Shown: positions 1-10,014, counted from the stretch's first letter. The stretch: 64,000 nt of DNA from an uncultured Candidatus Saccharibacteria bacterium (GCA_964483665.1 CAZACP010000001.1:141896-205895); one strand, 5' to 3'. Translations and numbers: made by a program. Notes: generated by a model from the sequence alone, not told the origin.

Positions 1-199
1 TTTTTTTGAGCCAAGACTTTTTACTGTTTATTTTTTAGGCTAATTTAGCGATTATACTTATTTTGAAATTTAACTGAGAAACCCAAACAAAATGTACAGG
101 TGAAAGTTTTGTATTTCATAGTGGAAAAGAACAGTCGAGAACAAAGCGTTATATAGGTGGTTTTACTGCTTTTAGTGGTTAATAAAAACGATTGACATA

Positions 200-226
200 G
201 AAAAACCCAGAATTTTAATTCTGGGA
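200..226 (-). terminator. rho-independent terminator-like hairpin (cccagaatt/aattctggg) + U-run for the 215..1150 gene
   Basis: 9-bp perfect stem at 206-225, followed on the minus strand by a T-run (plus-strand A-run 201-205). Confidence 0.45.
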
Positions 227-1150
227 GGAGGTAGTTCTGTAAAAATTTTTCAAATACTCAATTATCGCGGCTGAGGCCGGGACTTCTGGCTTAAGTTTAA
301 TTCTTGCTAAGGCTTCAGAATAAATTAAAATTATAGTTTCCCGGATTTTTGCGATTGTTTGCGCGTCTATTCCGTGCGTGTTTTTTTTAAACATCGCATT
401 TACTAAATTTAAAGCCTTTTCTTGGCTAAATGTTTGGTCCCCGGCTGAAAGGGCGGCAAGGCCAAGGGCTATATCCATAACCACATGCTGCTTGACTAGC
501 AAAACCGATTCTAAAATTCTTACGGCTTTAATAAAAAGCGCGTTAATAATTGGCTCATAAAATCCGCTATCTTCCTTTGAATGCTTTTTAATTATTTCCG
601 TTATTCGCGAGAAAGTATGAGCCGCAACTTCTACATGCAAGCTAGGCGAAGCGTTTTTGCTTGAATCTATAAAATGAAGTAATTTAAATTTCAAACCCAC
701 GGGCTTTCCCCTTTCGAAACTAGTTTGTGCGGAATTGTATATTACTGCTGCTTGCGGGTAAAATTTTGCCATATCTGACAAAAAAAGTACTACATCTCCT
801 TCCGCTTTTTTTCCAAATTCTTTTTGCACAAAGTTTATTCCGGCTACCCAAAAACCCACAAAGCTCATATAAGTACTTAGCTCGTTTTTTTCAAAGGGGA
901 TTTTTTTGTCTATGGGCAATTCGACGTTTATTTCGTTCGGGTATATTTTTCGGTTTGCTTTGCGGTAGTCGATTAAATAACCGTTTAAAATTCCTTGCAC
1001 GCCCTTTCTAAAATCCTTTTTTCGTAAAGAGGGCAAGATTTTGGCTAAATGTTTAAGTTGCCAAGAAAGTTTTGTGGAAGTGTTTTCAATCTCAAAAGCA
1101 GCTTTTTCTATGCGTTTAAGTCTGTTAATATGTCCTGCTGTTTTGTTCAT
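215..1150 (-). CDS. hypothetical protein (311 aa), next to the tRNA cluster; no confident family
   Basis: Long uninterrupted ORF with no catalytic motif recognised. Followed by a terminator-like hairpin at its stop. Confidence 0.5.
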   Translation of the reverse strand: MNKTAGHINRLKRIEKAAFEIENTSTKLSWQLKHLAKILPSLRKKDFRKGVQGILNGYLIDYRKANRKIYPNEINVELPIDKKIPFEKNELSTYMSFVGFWVAGINFVQKEFGKKAEGDVVLFLSDMAKFYPQAAVIYNSAQTSFERGKPVGLKFKLLHFIDSSKNASPSLHVEVAAHTFSRITEIIKKHSKEDSGFYEPIINALFIKAVRILESVLLVKQHVVMDIALGLAALSAGDQTFSQEKALNLVNAMFKKNTHGIDAQTIAKIRETIILIYSEALARIKLKPEVPASAAIIEYLKNFYRTTSSQN

Positions 1151-1239
1151 TAAATTTGATTAATTGTTTTAGTGTAATTTTATAAGTTTGAGCATCTTTG
1201 CGCAATTAATTTAAAACACCAGCATAACTGGTGTTTTAA

Positions 1240-1316
1240 TGGCGGGACCGGCGGGGCTCGAACCCGTAACCTCTCACGTGACAGGCGAGTGCTCTAACCA
1301 ATTGAGCTACGGTCCC
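1240..1316 (-). tRNA. tRNA-Asp (anticodon GUC)
   Basis: Minus-strand cloverleaf. Acceptor GGGACCG/CGGTCCC, anticodon stem CTCGC/GTGAG with loop CTGTCAC (GUC), T-loop GGTTCGAGCCC, encoded CCA. Confidence 0.9.
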
Positions 1317-1332
1317 ATAATGTATTTTACTT

Positions 1333-1409
1333 TGGTAGCGGAGAGTGGAATTGCACCACTGACCTTGGGCTTATGAGTCCCACGCTCTAACTAACTGAGC
1401 TACTCCGCC
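1333..1409 (-). tRNA. tRNA-Met (anticodon CAU); elongator Met or possibly Ile2-lysidine type
   Basis: Minus-strand. GGCGGAGTAGCTCAGTTAG... anticodon loop CTCATAA, T-loop GGTGCAATTCC, encoded CCA. Confidence 0.85.
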
Positions 1410-1626
1410 AAAAATACCTTGTATGATATTTAAAAACCTGCGTACAGCAGGAAAAAGCTGTCACGTAAATTTTGTCGCATTCGCAACCACGGATCAACTG
1501 TGATGGGGTAAGGGGCATTGTCCTTAACGTGTGAGGAATAGACTTCTAGTCTATTTTCAAAGGAGTAACGGACAATTGACCCGTGGTTGCGGGACCCGGA
1601 CTCGAACCGGGAACCTTCAGGTTATG

Positions 1627-2400
1627 CTTGCCACTACAATTTTCATTGCTCCCTAAATTTAGGGATTTGGGGTCTGGACTTTCTCTTCACCCTCGTGCAA
1701 TAAACTGATTTTCGCTCATTCCGATTTAAAAACCGGCGTTCACTCAATTCGTTTTTGCTCTTTACGGTGGGGTGCCTACCATTAAGTCTCTACACCTGCC
1801 TTCGTCAAGACTTCGGCAGGCAGGCCTTCTTAATTAAATAAGAAAAGGCTGCTTTCAATCCGAAGTTTTGGCGTAGGATTGGCTCGGGATTACCACCGCC
1901 AGGAGGCTTCCCCGAATTTGATAGGTTTTCATACCGAAGTTACCTTCGGTATAGCCCATTCTGTTATTAGTTCAAACGCATTTCGATAGTCGGCGGATTT
2001 TGGTTTTCTCTGACGCTTGTCAGATTCAACCAGGCTAATCGTACTACCGAACGATATAAAAACATCAAGCGGAAACACATAAAAAATATGAGTTTCTGGA
2101 ATATATACAACCGCAAAATCAAAATCATTAGCTTTATAGGCTTCCCGGCGCATAACGCGTCGGTTTGTCTTGGTTCGACGCACATCCACAAAATAAGATT
2201 TGTATTTGCCGTCGTACCAAGCGCATTTGACTTGCAATTTTACAAGCTTTCCTAACACATCGGCTATTAGGTCATAAGGCATTCGGTCGCCAATGGGCTT
2301 AGAAACACCCCGCCTAATTGCAAAAGCTTTAGAACGGTAGCTTGTTCAGCTATATCCCCTTTCGCTTTCGTTATCATAAGTAGCTAATAACAGGAATTTG
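1627..2400 (-). mobile_element. group I intron (774 nt) inserted in the anticodon loop of tRNA-fMet
   Basis: 5' exon ends in U and the intron ends in G (omega-G). Internal elements resemble group I R/S consensus (GTAGAGACTTAA; AAGAGAAAGTCC). Contains an ORF. Confidence 0.75.
1929..2282 (-). CDS. intron-encoded ORF (117 aa), putative homing endonuclease
   Basis: Entirely inside the tRNA-fMet intron. By analogy to intron-encoded endonucleases in cyanobacterial tRNA-fMet introns. Family not resolved by eye. Confidence 0.55.
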   Translation of the reverse strand: MPYDLIADVLGKLVKLQVKCAWYDGKYKSYFVDVRRTKTNRRVMRREAYKANDFDFAVVYIPETHIFYVFPLDVFISFGSTISLVESDKRQRKPKSADYRNAFELITEWAIPKVTSV

Positions 2401-2532
2401 AGCCTGACGAGCTGCCAATTGCTCTATCCCGCGATATAACTAACCAACATAAATTATATAGAATAATGTCCTTTTTGGCAAGTTTTTTAATATTAGGCCG
2501 GTTGTTGCCGCAGCGCTTAAATATTTTAAGTA

Positions 2533-2568
2533 ACCAAAAACCGTCCTGATTTTGGGACGGTTTTTGGT
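2533..2568 (-). terminator. strong hairpin (13-bp stem accaaaaaccgtcc/ggacggtttttggt) downstream of the small peptide ORF
   Basis: Perfect inverted repeat seen in sequence. A second hairpin lies at ~2575-2600. Confidence 0.4.
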
Positions 2569-2621
2569 ATCCTCCACCTCCATCAGATGACGGAGGGCGG
2601 AGAAAGTTTTTTTAAAGAAGA

Positions 2622-2690
2622 CTAGCGGCGCTTCTTTTTGCCGCCTTTTTTCTTTGCAGTCTTCTTTGCAACTTTTTTCTTCTTAGCCAT
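2622..2690 (-). CDS. tiny lysine-rich basic peptide (22 aa: MAKKKKVAKKTAKKKGGKKKRR)
   Basis: ATG preceded by GGGAGAAAG SD-like sequence. Followed by two strong hairpins. Not in the ORF track (too short). Confidence 0.35.
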   Translation of the reverse strand: MAKKKKVAKKTAKKKGGKKKRR

Positions 2691-2854
2691 TTTGGGCTTT
2701 CTCCCTTGAAAGTACTTAACGAAAATTTTTGGCTAAATACTTTCTTAATTTTCTACTCCCCCAATAATGGGGATTAGTAGTATGGTTTTATTTTCTTTCT
2801 GTTTTTCTACAAAATTTATTTTCGTTTCAGTAAAACTTTTACATTAATTTTATT

Positions 2855-3571
2855 TTAACTAGTTTTAAAAAATTTGTCAAGATTTTTTTCGTCTTGTAGG
2901 GAAAGCAAAAGCTTTTTTTTGTTTTCCAAATTTTGTATTTTTTCCAATTCAAAATGTAATCTTGATTTGGTAATAAGTTTTGTTTGCGAAAGTTTGTTTT
3001 TAATTGCTAAAAAGGACTGATTTTCAATTTTGAAATTTAGCTCAAGAGCAAAACGCAGAGCTCTGACTATTCGTAAAGGGTCCTCATTTATTTTTTCTTT
3101 CGCTTCACCTATAAATTTAATGCGTTTTTTCTTTAGGTCTTCCACGCCCTCATAAAAATCTAATATTTTGTTGCTTTTTAAGCTTAAATATAAGGAATTT
3201 ATAGTAAAATCTCTTCGTTCGCTGTCTTTTTTAACTTCTTTAATGTAAGTGATTTTAGGGTAGCGGGAACCAGTATACTTTTCTGTTCTAAACGTGGCTA
3301 CGGCAGCAATTAAATTTTCTTTTAAGGCTAAAATCACGCCTAAATTTTTATAGCCTAAATTAAAATCTATAAAATGATTTTTGAAAATTTCTGCCACTGC
3401 CTCAGGTTTTGCGCTCGTTGCAATGTCTATGTCTTCTACTTTTCTCTTTAATAAAATATCCCTCACTGTTCCCCCAACAAAATAAGTTTCGGGAAAGTTT
3501 TCCACAAGCAAAAAATATATTTCTTGTCCAAATTTTTCTAAACTATTTTTTGGTTGATATTTTATATTCAT
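2855..3571 (-). CDS. cca: tRNA nucleotidyltransferase (CCA-adding enzyme), minimal head-domain form
   Basis: GGTVRDILLKRKVEDIDIAT and ERRDFTINS motifs of class II CCA-adding / poly(A) polymerase family. 238 aa. Confidence 0.8.
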   Translation of the reverse strand: MNIKYQPKNSLEKFGQEIYFLLVENFPETYFVGGTVRDILLKRKVEDIDIATSAKPEAVAEIFKNHFIDFNLGYKNLGVILALKENLIAAVATFRTEKYTGSRYPKITYIKEVKKDSERRDFTINSLYLSLKSNKILDFYEGVEDLKKKRIKFIGEAKEKINEDPLRIVRALRFALELNFKIENQSFLAIKNKLSQTKLITKSRLHFELEKIQNLENKKKLLLSLQDEKNLDKFFKTS

Positions 3572-3595
3572 AAAAAAACCGATATAACTATCGGT
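3572..3595 (-). terminator. rho-independent terminator after atpC (accgata-taac-tatcggt + U7)
   Basis: 7-bp stem followed by a T-run on the minus strand, directly after the atpC stop. Confidence 0.6.
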
Positions 3596-3604
3596 TAGTT
3601 TAAA

Positions 3605-4057
3605 TTATTGGGTAAAAGTTTCTTGGCCAACAATAGAGCCTTTTGCGCGAGCTCGCTTTCTGGCAACTTTTAATCTGGAAGTGCTTCGTTCCAGAGCCGC
3701 GGCAACTTTTGCGTATTCGCCCGCGGTAACTTTCGTTTCCCGCAAAGCTTTTTCAGCCCTGTGTTTTGCTTCCTCGGCTCGCTTTTCGTCTATTTCAAAC
3801 GAGTGTTCGGCGGCATCGGCTAAAACTACAACACTGCCGGCTCTGTTCACCTGAACAAAACCGCCGGAAACATTTAAGTATAGCTCTTCGTCACCTGTTT
3901 TGGCCTTAAGTTCTCCCGGTACCAAAGTTGCTACAAGGGGTTCGTGGTTAGGTAAAATTGTTATTAGCCCCATTGTGGTAGGGCAAGTTAAACTGACCAA
4001 TTCTTTTTTTAGAACGGTTTTTTCCGGGGTTACTAGTTGAAAGTGTATAGAGTTCAT
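3605..4057 (-). CDS. atpC: F1 ATP synthase epsilon subunit
   Basis: Last gene of the atp operon. N-terminal beta-sandwich plus C-terminal helical region typical of epsilon. Confidence 0.85.
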   Translation of the reverse strand: MNSIHFQLVTPEKTVLKKELVSLTCPTTMGLITILPNHEPLVATLVPGELKAKTGDEELYLNVSGGFVQVNRAGSVVVLADAAEHSFEIDEKRAEEAKHRAEKALRETKVTAGEYAKVAAALERSTSRLKVARKRARAKGSIVGQETFTQ

Positions 4058-4060
4058 AGT

Positions 4061-4366
4061 TTATATAAAAGCGCCGTGCTCGAAGTTATTCCGATTATGC
4101 GCATCCTGATTGTCTGTACCCAATTTTGCCCAAATTCTACCTAAATCTGTTTCGTGATGAATGTTAAGCTTTTTAAATATACTAGCCGAATGAGCGTCAA
4201 CAGTTTTTTCAGAAATTCCTAGAATCTGAGCTGTTTCTAACCTTGTTTTTCCAGATGCCCGGAATTTTAGAACTTGTTTTTCTGCCGGCGTTAAACTTTT
4301 AAAACCCCCAGTCTCTTCTTTAGAAATAAAATTATGCGGATGTATTTCGAAATTAATTTTTTTCAT
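4061..4366 (-). CDS. LuxR/GerE-family HTH transcriptional regulator (101 aa) embedded between atpD and atpC
   Basis: LTPAEKQVLKF...ETAQILGISEKTVDAHSASIFKKL is a canonical GerE-type HTH. Confidence 0.8.
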   Translation of the reverse strand: MKKINFEIHPHNFISKEETGGFKSLTPAEKQVLKFRASGKTRLETAQILGISEKTVDAHSASIFKKLNIHHETDLGRIWAKLGTDNQDAHNRNNFEHGAFI

Positions 4367-4372
4367 GAAAGT

Positions 4373-5752
<1,380 letters not shown>

Positions 5753-6172
5753 TTACTTTTTAACGCTAGGCATTTCTCCAGGACTTGGGTCAATGCGATT
5801 TATTATTGATTTAATAAATATTTTCCTGTCTTTAGGCGGGAGTTCTATTATACGGTTAATGAGGTTATTAAAAGCAGTTGTTCCTGGATCCATAACTATG
5901 CCAGTTCTATCGCCAAGCTCTTGGCACATTCCAGACAGTTCAGATCTAAATTCCATCCAATTTTGAGCCTCATTTCTTATGCTCTCATATTGAGATTTTA
6001 TTTGTCCTTCATATTTGTCTATATATAATACAATTTTAGCAAGCTCGTTTAAAAAAAATTGTCTGCCTTTTTCGTGTATATACTGCAGAACTTCGTCTAA
6101 AATTCCTAGCATTATTGTCTCAATATTTGGCTCTCCTTCTCCGTGTTGTCTCATAATTTTATTCAAGGGCAA
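5753..6172 (-). CDS. hypothetical protein (139 aa) inserted between atpG and atpD
   Basis: ORF tightly packed and co-oriented inside the atp operon; overlaps the atpG 3' end by 14 nt. No family recognised. Confidence 0.5.
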   Translation of the reverse strand: MPLNKIMRQHGEGEPNIETIMLGILDEVLQYIHEKGRQFFLNELAKIVLYIDKYEGQIKSQYESIRNEAQNWMEFRSELSGMCQELGDRTGIVMDPGTTAFNNLINRIIELPPKDRKIFIKSIINRIDPSPGEMPSVKK

Positions 6173-7046
6173 TTTTACCAGCTGTTATTTCTGCAAGTTC
6201 GGTTGTTATTTTGCCCTGCCTTAGCTGGTTAAAGGTTAATGTATAGTCGGCTATTAAGTCCCCGGCGGCTTCGGTTGCATTTTTCATCATAACCATACGC
6301 GCGGAGTGTTCAGAAGCGTCGCTTTCCAGCACAGTTTCGTAAATCTGACTTTCAATAATTCTGGGCAGCATATGGTTTAAAACTTCCCCTATTCCCGGTT
6401 CAAATAAATAGTCAGAGTCTGTGGCTAAAGGCTGGTCGTTACTTTCAGTAAGCATAGTGCGGATTTCCTGGGAAAAAGGCAGTAGCGGCCTAATAGTTGG
6501 CTTTTGCAGCAAAGTAGAAACAAAATGGTTGTATGCTAAATATATTTTTTTATACTGACCACTAGAATACATTTCAGAAATCATATACGCGAGCGGATAT
6601 ATTTCTTCCGGCAAAATGTATTTTTCAGGCTTAGAAAAATCCGCCTTTATATTTTTACCTAAGCGCGCGGAAGTTTGCGAGCCTTTTTTTCCGTAGGTAA
6701 TCAATTCAACTTCTTTTTGTTCAGCCAAAGCTTCTTTTTCTATTTCCCTGAGTTTGTATAACAAGTTGGTATTAAGGCTTCCCACCATACCGCGGTTAGA
6801 AGTCAGTAAAATTACGCCAATTTTTTTTGCGTTCGGGTATACGGAAATAAGCGGGTGGTTAAAACTGCCTTTTCTGGAAATATTTTCAATTAATTCCCAG
6901 GCTAAATGCGCGTATGAACGGCTTTGCAAAACCGAATTTTGTGCTTTTCGCATTTTGGCAGCCGAAACCATCTGCATCGCGCGGGTAATTTTACGAGTGC
7001 TTTGTACGCTTTTTATTCTAGTTTTTAAATCTTTTATTCCGGGCAT
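6159..7046 (-). CDS. atpG: F1 ATP synthase gamma subunit
   Basis: N-terminal MPGIKDLKTRIKSVQSTRKITRAMQMVSAAKMRKAQ and C-terminal helix typical of gamma. Confidence 0.9.
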   Translation of the reverse strand: MPGIKDLKTRIKSVQSTRKITRAMQMVSAAKMRKAQNSVLQSRSYAHLAWELIENISRKGSFNHPLISVYPNAKKIGVILLTSNRGMVGSLNTNLLYKLREIEKEALAEQKEVELITYGKKGSQTSARLGKNIKADFSKPEKYILPEEIYPLAYMISEMYSSGQYKKIYLAYNHFVSTLLQKPTIRPLLPFSQEIRTMLTESNDQPLATDSDYLFEPGIGEVLNHMLPRIIESQIYETVLESDASEHSARMVMMKNATEAAGDLIADYTLTFNQLRQGKITTELAEITAGKIALE

Positions 7047-7055
7047 TTGAATTTT

Positions 7056-7370
7056 TTATTCAATAACTAAATAATTTGAATATATATGATCGGCATCGCT
7101 ATCACCGTCACTGTAATCATCGCTAAGTACTATTGCTCTTTCACCTGATATTTTGACTACCTTACCCCTATATTTAATAGGGACATCTTCCATTTTATCA
7201 TTCAGTCCTAATTTAAATCTTAAGTGCATCTCACCTTTGTTATAAGCCTCTTTTCCTTCTTCTGATAGACGGACCGAGTCGCCAATTTTAATAAGTCGGC
7301 CTCTTGCATCCTTACATTCAGGGTCCCGATACTCCGTTTCTTTTGTAGCTTCGTTGTAATGGAAGGGCAT
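7056..7370 (-). CDS. hypothetical protein (104 aa) inserted between atpA and atpG
   Basis: Co-oriented, 4-9 nt gaps to flanking atp genes. Acidic C-terminus. No family recognised. Confidence 0.5.
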   Translation of the reverse strand: MPFHYNEATKETEYRDPECKDARGRLIKIGDSVRLSEEGKEAYNKGEMHLRFKLGLNDKMEDVPIKYRGKVVKISGERAIVLSDDYSDGDSDADHIYSNYLVIE

Positions 7371-7374
7371 AAAT

Positions 7375-8874
7375 TTATTTTACTGACTGTACAAAATTCT
7401 CAATCGCTTTCTTTAATTTATTTTCCGTATCCTCGCTAATTTCCTTACTGGACTTTATTGCATCTAGTACATCCTTACCCTGCACTTTCATATACTTATG
7501 AAAAGCGGTTTCGGTTTCCGCCATTTTTTCCACCGGTATTTCGTTAAAGTAGCCGTTGTTAACGGCATAGAGAATGGTGACTTGTTGTTCAAGCGAAAGC
7601 GGGCTGTATTGCGGCTGCTTTAGAATTTCCGTCATTCTTCGGCCTAAATCTAAGGTTTTCTTTGTAGATTCGTCTAAGTCGCTGCCAAACTGGGCAAAAG
7701 CTTCCAGCTCTCTAAACTGCGCAAGTTGAAGTTTTAATTTGCCTGCTACTTTTTTCATAGCCTTGGTCTGAGCGCTACTTCCTACGCGGGAAACGGAAAT
7801 ACCAACGTTTAAAGCCGGTCTTATACCTTTGTAAAACAAGTCGCTTTCAAGGAAAATTTGTCCGTCAGTAATAGAAATCACATTGGTCGGAATATACGCC
7901 GAAACATCGCCCGCTTGGGTTTCAATTATCGGGAGCGCTGTCAGTGATCCCCCGCCAAAATCTTTGTTTAGTTTAGCGGCGCGTTCCAGCAAGCGTGAGT
8001 GTAAATAAAATACGTCTCCCGGGTAAGCTTCGCGTCCCGGCGGTCTTCTGAGCAATAAAGAAATTTCGCGGTAAGCCACAGCTTGTTTAGAAAGGTCGTC
8101 GTAAACAACTAATACGTCTTTACCCTGATCCATAAAGTATTCGCCCATAGCAGTTGCCGCGTAAGGAGCAATGTACGAAAGAGCGGCCGGTTCAGAGGCG
8201 CCGGCAGAAACTACAATTGTGTAGTCCATGGCTTCATTTTCCTGAAGTGTTGCTACAATTTTAGCAATCTTGCTTTCTTTTTGGCCGACTGCGACATAAA
8301 TACAAATCATGTTCTGGCCCTTTTGATTTATAATTGTGTCTATTGCCACGGCTGTTTTACCGGTCTGCCTGTCACCAATTATAAGTTCGCGCTGACCTCG
8401 GCCAATAGGAATAAGCGCGTCTATGGCTTTTACGCCGGTTTGAACAGGTTCTCTAACTCCTTGACGGGTTATAACTCCCGGAGCGATTTTTTCCACCGGG
8501 TAAAAGTTAGCAGCTTTAATATCCCCCTTGCCGTCTTTGGGTTCGCCCAAGGCCGAAACTGTGCGGCCAATTAAGCTTTCGCCGACCGGGACAGACAAAA
8601 TTTTTCCGGTTGCTCTTACCGTGTCGCCCACGCTGATTTTTTGGTAATCGCCCAAAATAATGCTACCGATTAAATTTTCTTCCAGGTTTAAAGCCACGCC
8701 GGTTACGCCCTTGCCAAAATCAAGCATTTCCATACTGGCTACCTGAGTTAAGCCCGACACGCGCGCAACGCCGTCTGCTACTTCTAAAACAGTTCCGACT
8801 TTTTCAACTTTAACAGTGGCCTGGAAGTCTAGGATTTTAGTTTTAAGTTGTTGTACTATATTTTGATTAGCCAT
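7375..8874 (-). CDS. atpA: F1 ATP synthase alpha subunit
   Basis: Walker [10 protein letters not shown]; conserved alpha sequence. Confidence 0.97.
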   Translation of the reverse strand: MANQNIVQQLKTKILDFQATVKVEKVGTVLEVADGVARVSGLTQVASMEMLDFGKGVTGVALNLEENLIGSIILGDYQKISVGDTVRATGKILSVPVGESLIGRTVSALGEPKDGKGDIKAANFYPVEKIAPGVITRQGVREPVQTGVKAIDALIPIGRGQRELIIGDRQTGKTAVAIDTIINQKGQNMICIYVAVGQKESKIAKIVATLQENEAMDYTIVVSAGASEPAALSYIAPYAATAMGEYFMDQGKDVLVVYDDLSKQAVAYREISLLLRRPPGREAYPGDVFYLHSRLLERAAKLNKDFGGGSLTALPIIETQAGDVSAYIPTNVISITDGQIFLESDLFYKGIRPALNVGISVSRVGSSAQTKAMKKVAGKLKLQLAQFRELEAFAQFGSDLDESTKKTLDLGRRMTEILKQPQYSPLSLEQQVTILYAVNNGYFNEIPVEKMAETETAFHKYMKVQGKDVLDAIKSSKEISEDTENKLKKAIENFVQSVK

Positions 8875-8951
8875 ATTAATTAAATTAAGAAGTATGAATT
8901 AGGAATTAAATTTTTAGAGCAACTGAGTAATCAGTGCAAATACGTATAATA

Positions 8952-9338
8952 TTATTTTTTCAAATCCATGTTTAGATTATTTAATAAGGTTTTTACGCTC
9001 GCGTCTATTAACGTGTCGTCCGCGCGTATTACCACTCCCCCGACCAAGCCTTCATCAATCTGTGTTTTATATTCCGTTTTGCTTAAAACAACTTTATTTA
9101 ATTCATTTAAAACCTTTACGTTATGCTCCATGGCGAAAGTTGCGTTGCCTTGGGTTACCCCGCTCTGTTTCTGCTCAAGGTTTTTGTACTCAGCTTCAAT
9201 TTCTGAGAATTTACCTAAATCGCCGTTTTCAACCAAGACTTTAACAAATCGTTCTAAAATAACGTCGTAATCTTTGGGCGCAGTTTCAGACGCGGCTTCA
9301 AAGAGCGCCTGCGCGTATTGTTTGGGGCTTAATTTCAT
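8952..9338 (-). CDS. atpH: ATP synthase delta (OSCP) subunit, short form
   Basis: Operon position between atpF and atpA. C-terminal GGVVIRADDTLIDASV motif of delta. Confidence 0.75.
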   Translation of the reverse strand: MKLSPKQYAQALFEAASETAPKDYDVILERFVKVLVENGDLGKFSEIEAEYKNLEQKQSGVTQGNATFAMEHNVKVLNELNKVVLSKTEYKTQIDEGLVGGVVIRADDTLIDASVKTLLNNLNMDLKK

Positions 9339-9952
9339 TTGCTTTTTTTGGTACTTAGTTCTTCTAAGGTTTTCTTAATTAGCTCCATATCGTGTTTGTC
9401 GTCCAGTTTTTTCTTTAAAACTTTTTCTGTGGCAGAAGTTACTAAATCCGCTACCTCGGACTTAATTTGGGCCAAGGCTTTCTTTTGGTCAGAATCTATT
9501 TGATCTTTTGCCTGCGCAACAATTTTTTCCTGGTCAGCTTTAGTCTTTTTCATTAGGTCGTCTCTAACAACTCCGGCGTCTGCTTCAGCTTTTGCCAAAA
9601 TATCGGCGGCTTCCTGCCTGGTTTTCGCTAATTCTTGTTTTTTCCATTCTTCAAACTCTGTTTTTTGCTTTTCTACCTCTTCCGCGTCTAAAAGCGCTTT
9701 TTCAATTTTTTCAGACCTTTCCTCTAATTTTTTTGAAATTGGTAAAAAGACAAAACGTCTTAGAATATAAAGTATTATTCCAAAGTTTACCAGCTGAGCT
9801 AAAAACAGTTTCCAATTTATACCTAATGTACCGACCATGCCGGTATCTTTTTCCGCCTCGGCTACTGCTTCCGCAGCGTGCGCTACTCCAATTAATATGT
9901 TGAAATCCATGATAGTTAAATTAATTAATTTCTTAATATCTACTAATATCAA
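9335..9952 (-). CDS. atpF: F0 ATP synthase subunit b
   Basis: Single N-terminal TM helix followed by a long charged coiled coil. The start is ambiguous: TTG at 9952 with an AGGA SD, or ATG at 9910. Confidence 0.8.
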   Translation of the reverse strand: MILVDIKKLINLTIMDFNILIGVAHAAEAVAEAEKDTGMVGTLGINWKLFLAQLVNFGIILYILRRFVFLPISKKLEERSEKIEKALLDAEEVEKQKTEFEEWKKQELAKTRQEAADILAKAEADAGVVRDDLMKKTKADQEKIVAQAKDQIDSDQKKALAQIKSEVADLVTSATEKVLKKKLDDKHDMELIKKTLEELSTKKSK

Positions 9953-9983
9953 TAAACATCCTGTACTATTTACTAGTATTAGT

Positions 9984-10014
9984 AGATATCTGCGGAAAAA
10001 ATCCGCAGATATCT
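9984..10014 (-). promoter_or_regulatory. perfect 13-bp-stem hairpin (agatatctgcgga-aaaaa-tccgcagatatct) in the atpE-atpF intergenic region
   Basis: Seen directly, 6 nt downstream of the atpE stop. Nested inside a second inverted repeat (atatctactaata at 9937-9949 / tattagtagatat at 9977-9989). Confidence 0.5.

Larger units (their letters stand above)
1584..2433 (-). tRNA. initiator tRNA-fMet (CAU) interrupted by a group I intron; exons 2401..2433 (5') and 1584..1626 (3')
   Basis: Joined exons give CGCGGGATAGAGCAATTGGCAGCTCGTCAGGCT|CATAACCTGAAGGTTCCCGGTTCGAGTCCGGGTCCCGCAACCA. This is a near-perfect match to the canonical bacterial tRNAfMet architecture: C1:A72 mismatch, CUCAUAA loop, AGGUU variable loop, discriminator A + CCA. 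Confidence 0.85.

Noticed and set aside
1583-1700. tRNA-like 3' end (T-arm + acceptor + CCA) with no upstream anticodon arm, plus an AGAGAAAGTCC motif; considered tmRNA (ssrA) or RNase P RNA
   Set aside because: A matching 5' tRNA half (CGCGGGA…TCAGGCT) lies 774 nt away at 2401..2433 and the two halves form a complete tRNAfMet. The GAAAGTCC-like motif is therefore a group I intron core element, not RNase P CR-I. No tmRNA tag-reading frame or 5' GGGG acceptor partner was found.
1967-2191. 74-aa ORF overlapping the intron ORF in another frame
   Set aside because: Overlaps the better 117-aa ORF on the same strand. Low-complexity hydrophobic translation typical of an alternative-frame artefact.
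9961-9990. TACTAGTA palindrome in the atpE-atpF spacer as an additional TrpR-like operator
   Set aside because: It is part of a larger RNA-level inverted repeat and lacks the flanking G/C of the GTACTAGTAC sites. It is mentioned in the atpE-atpF hairpin finding but not called as an operator.
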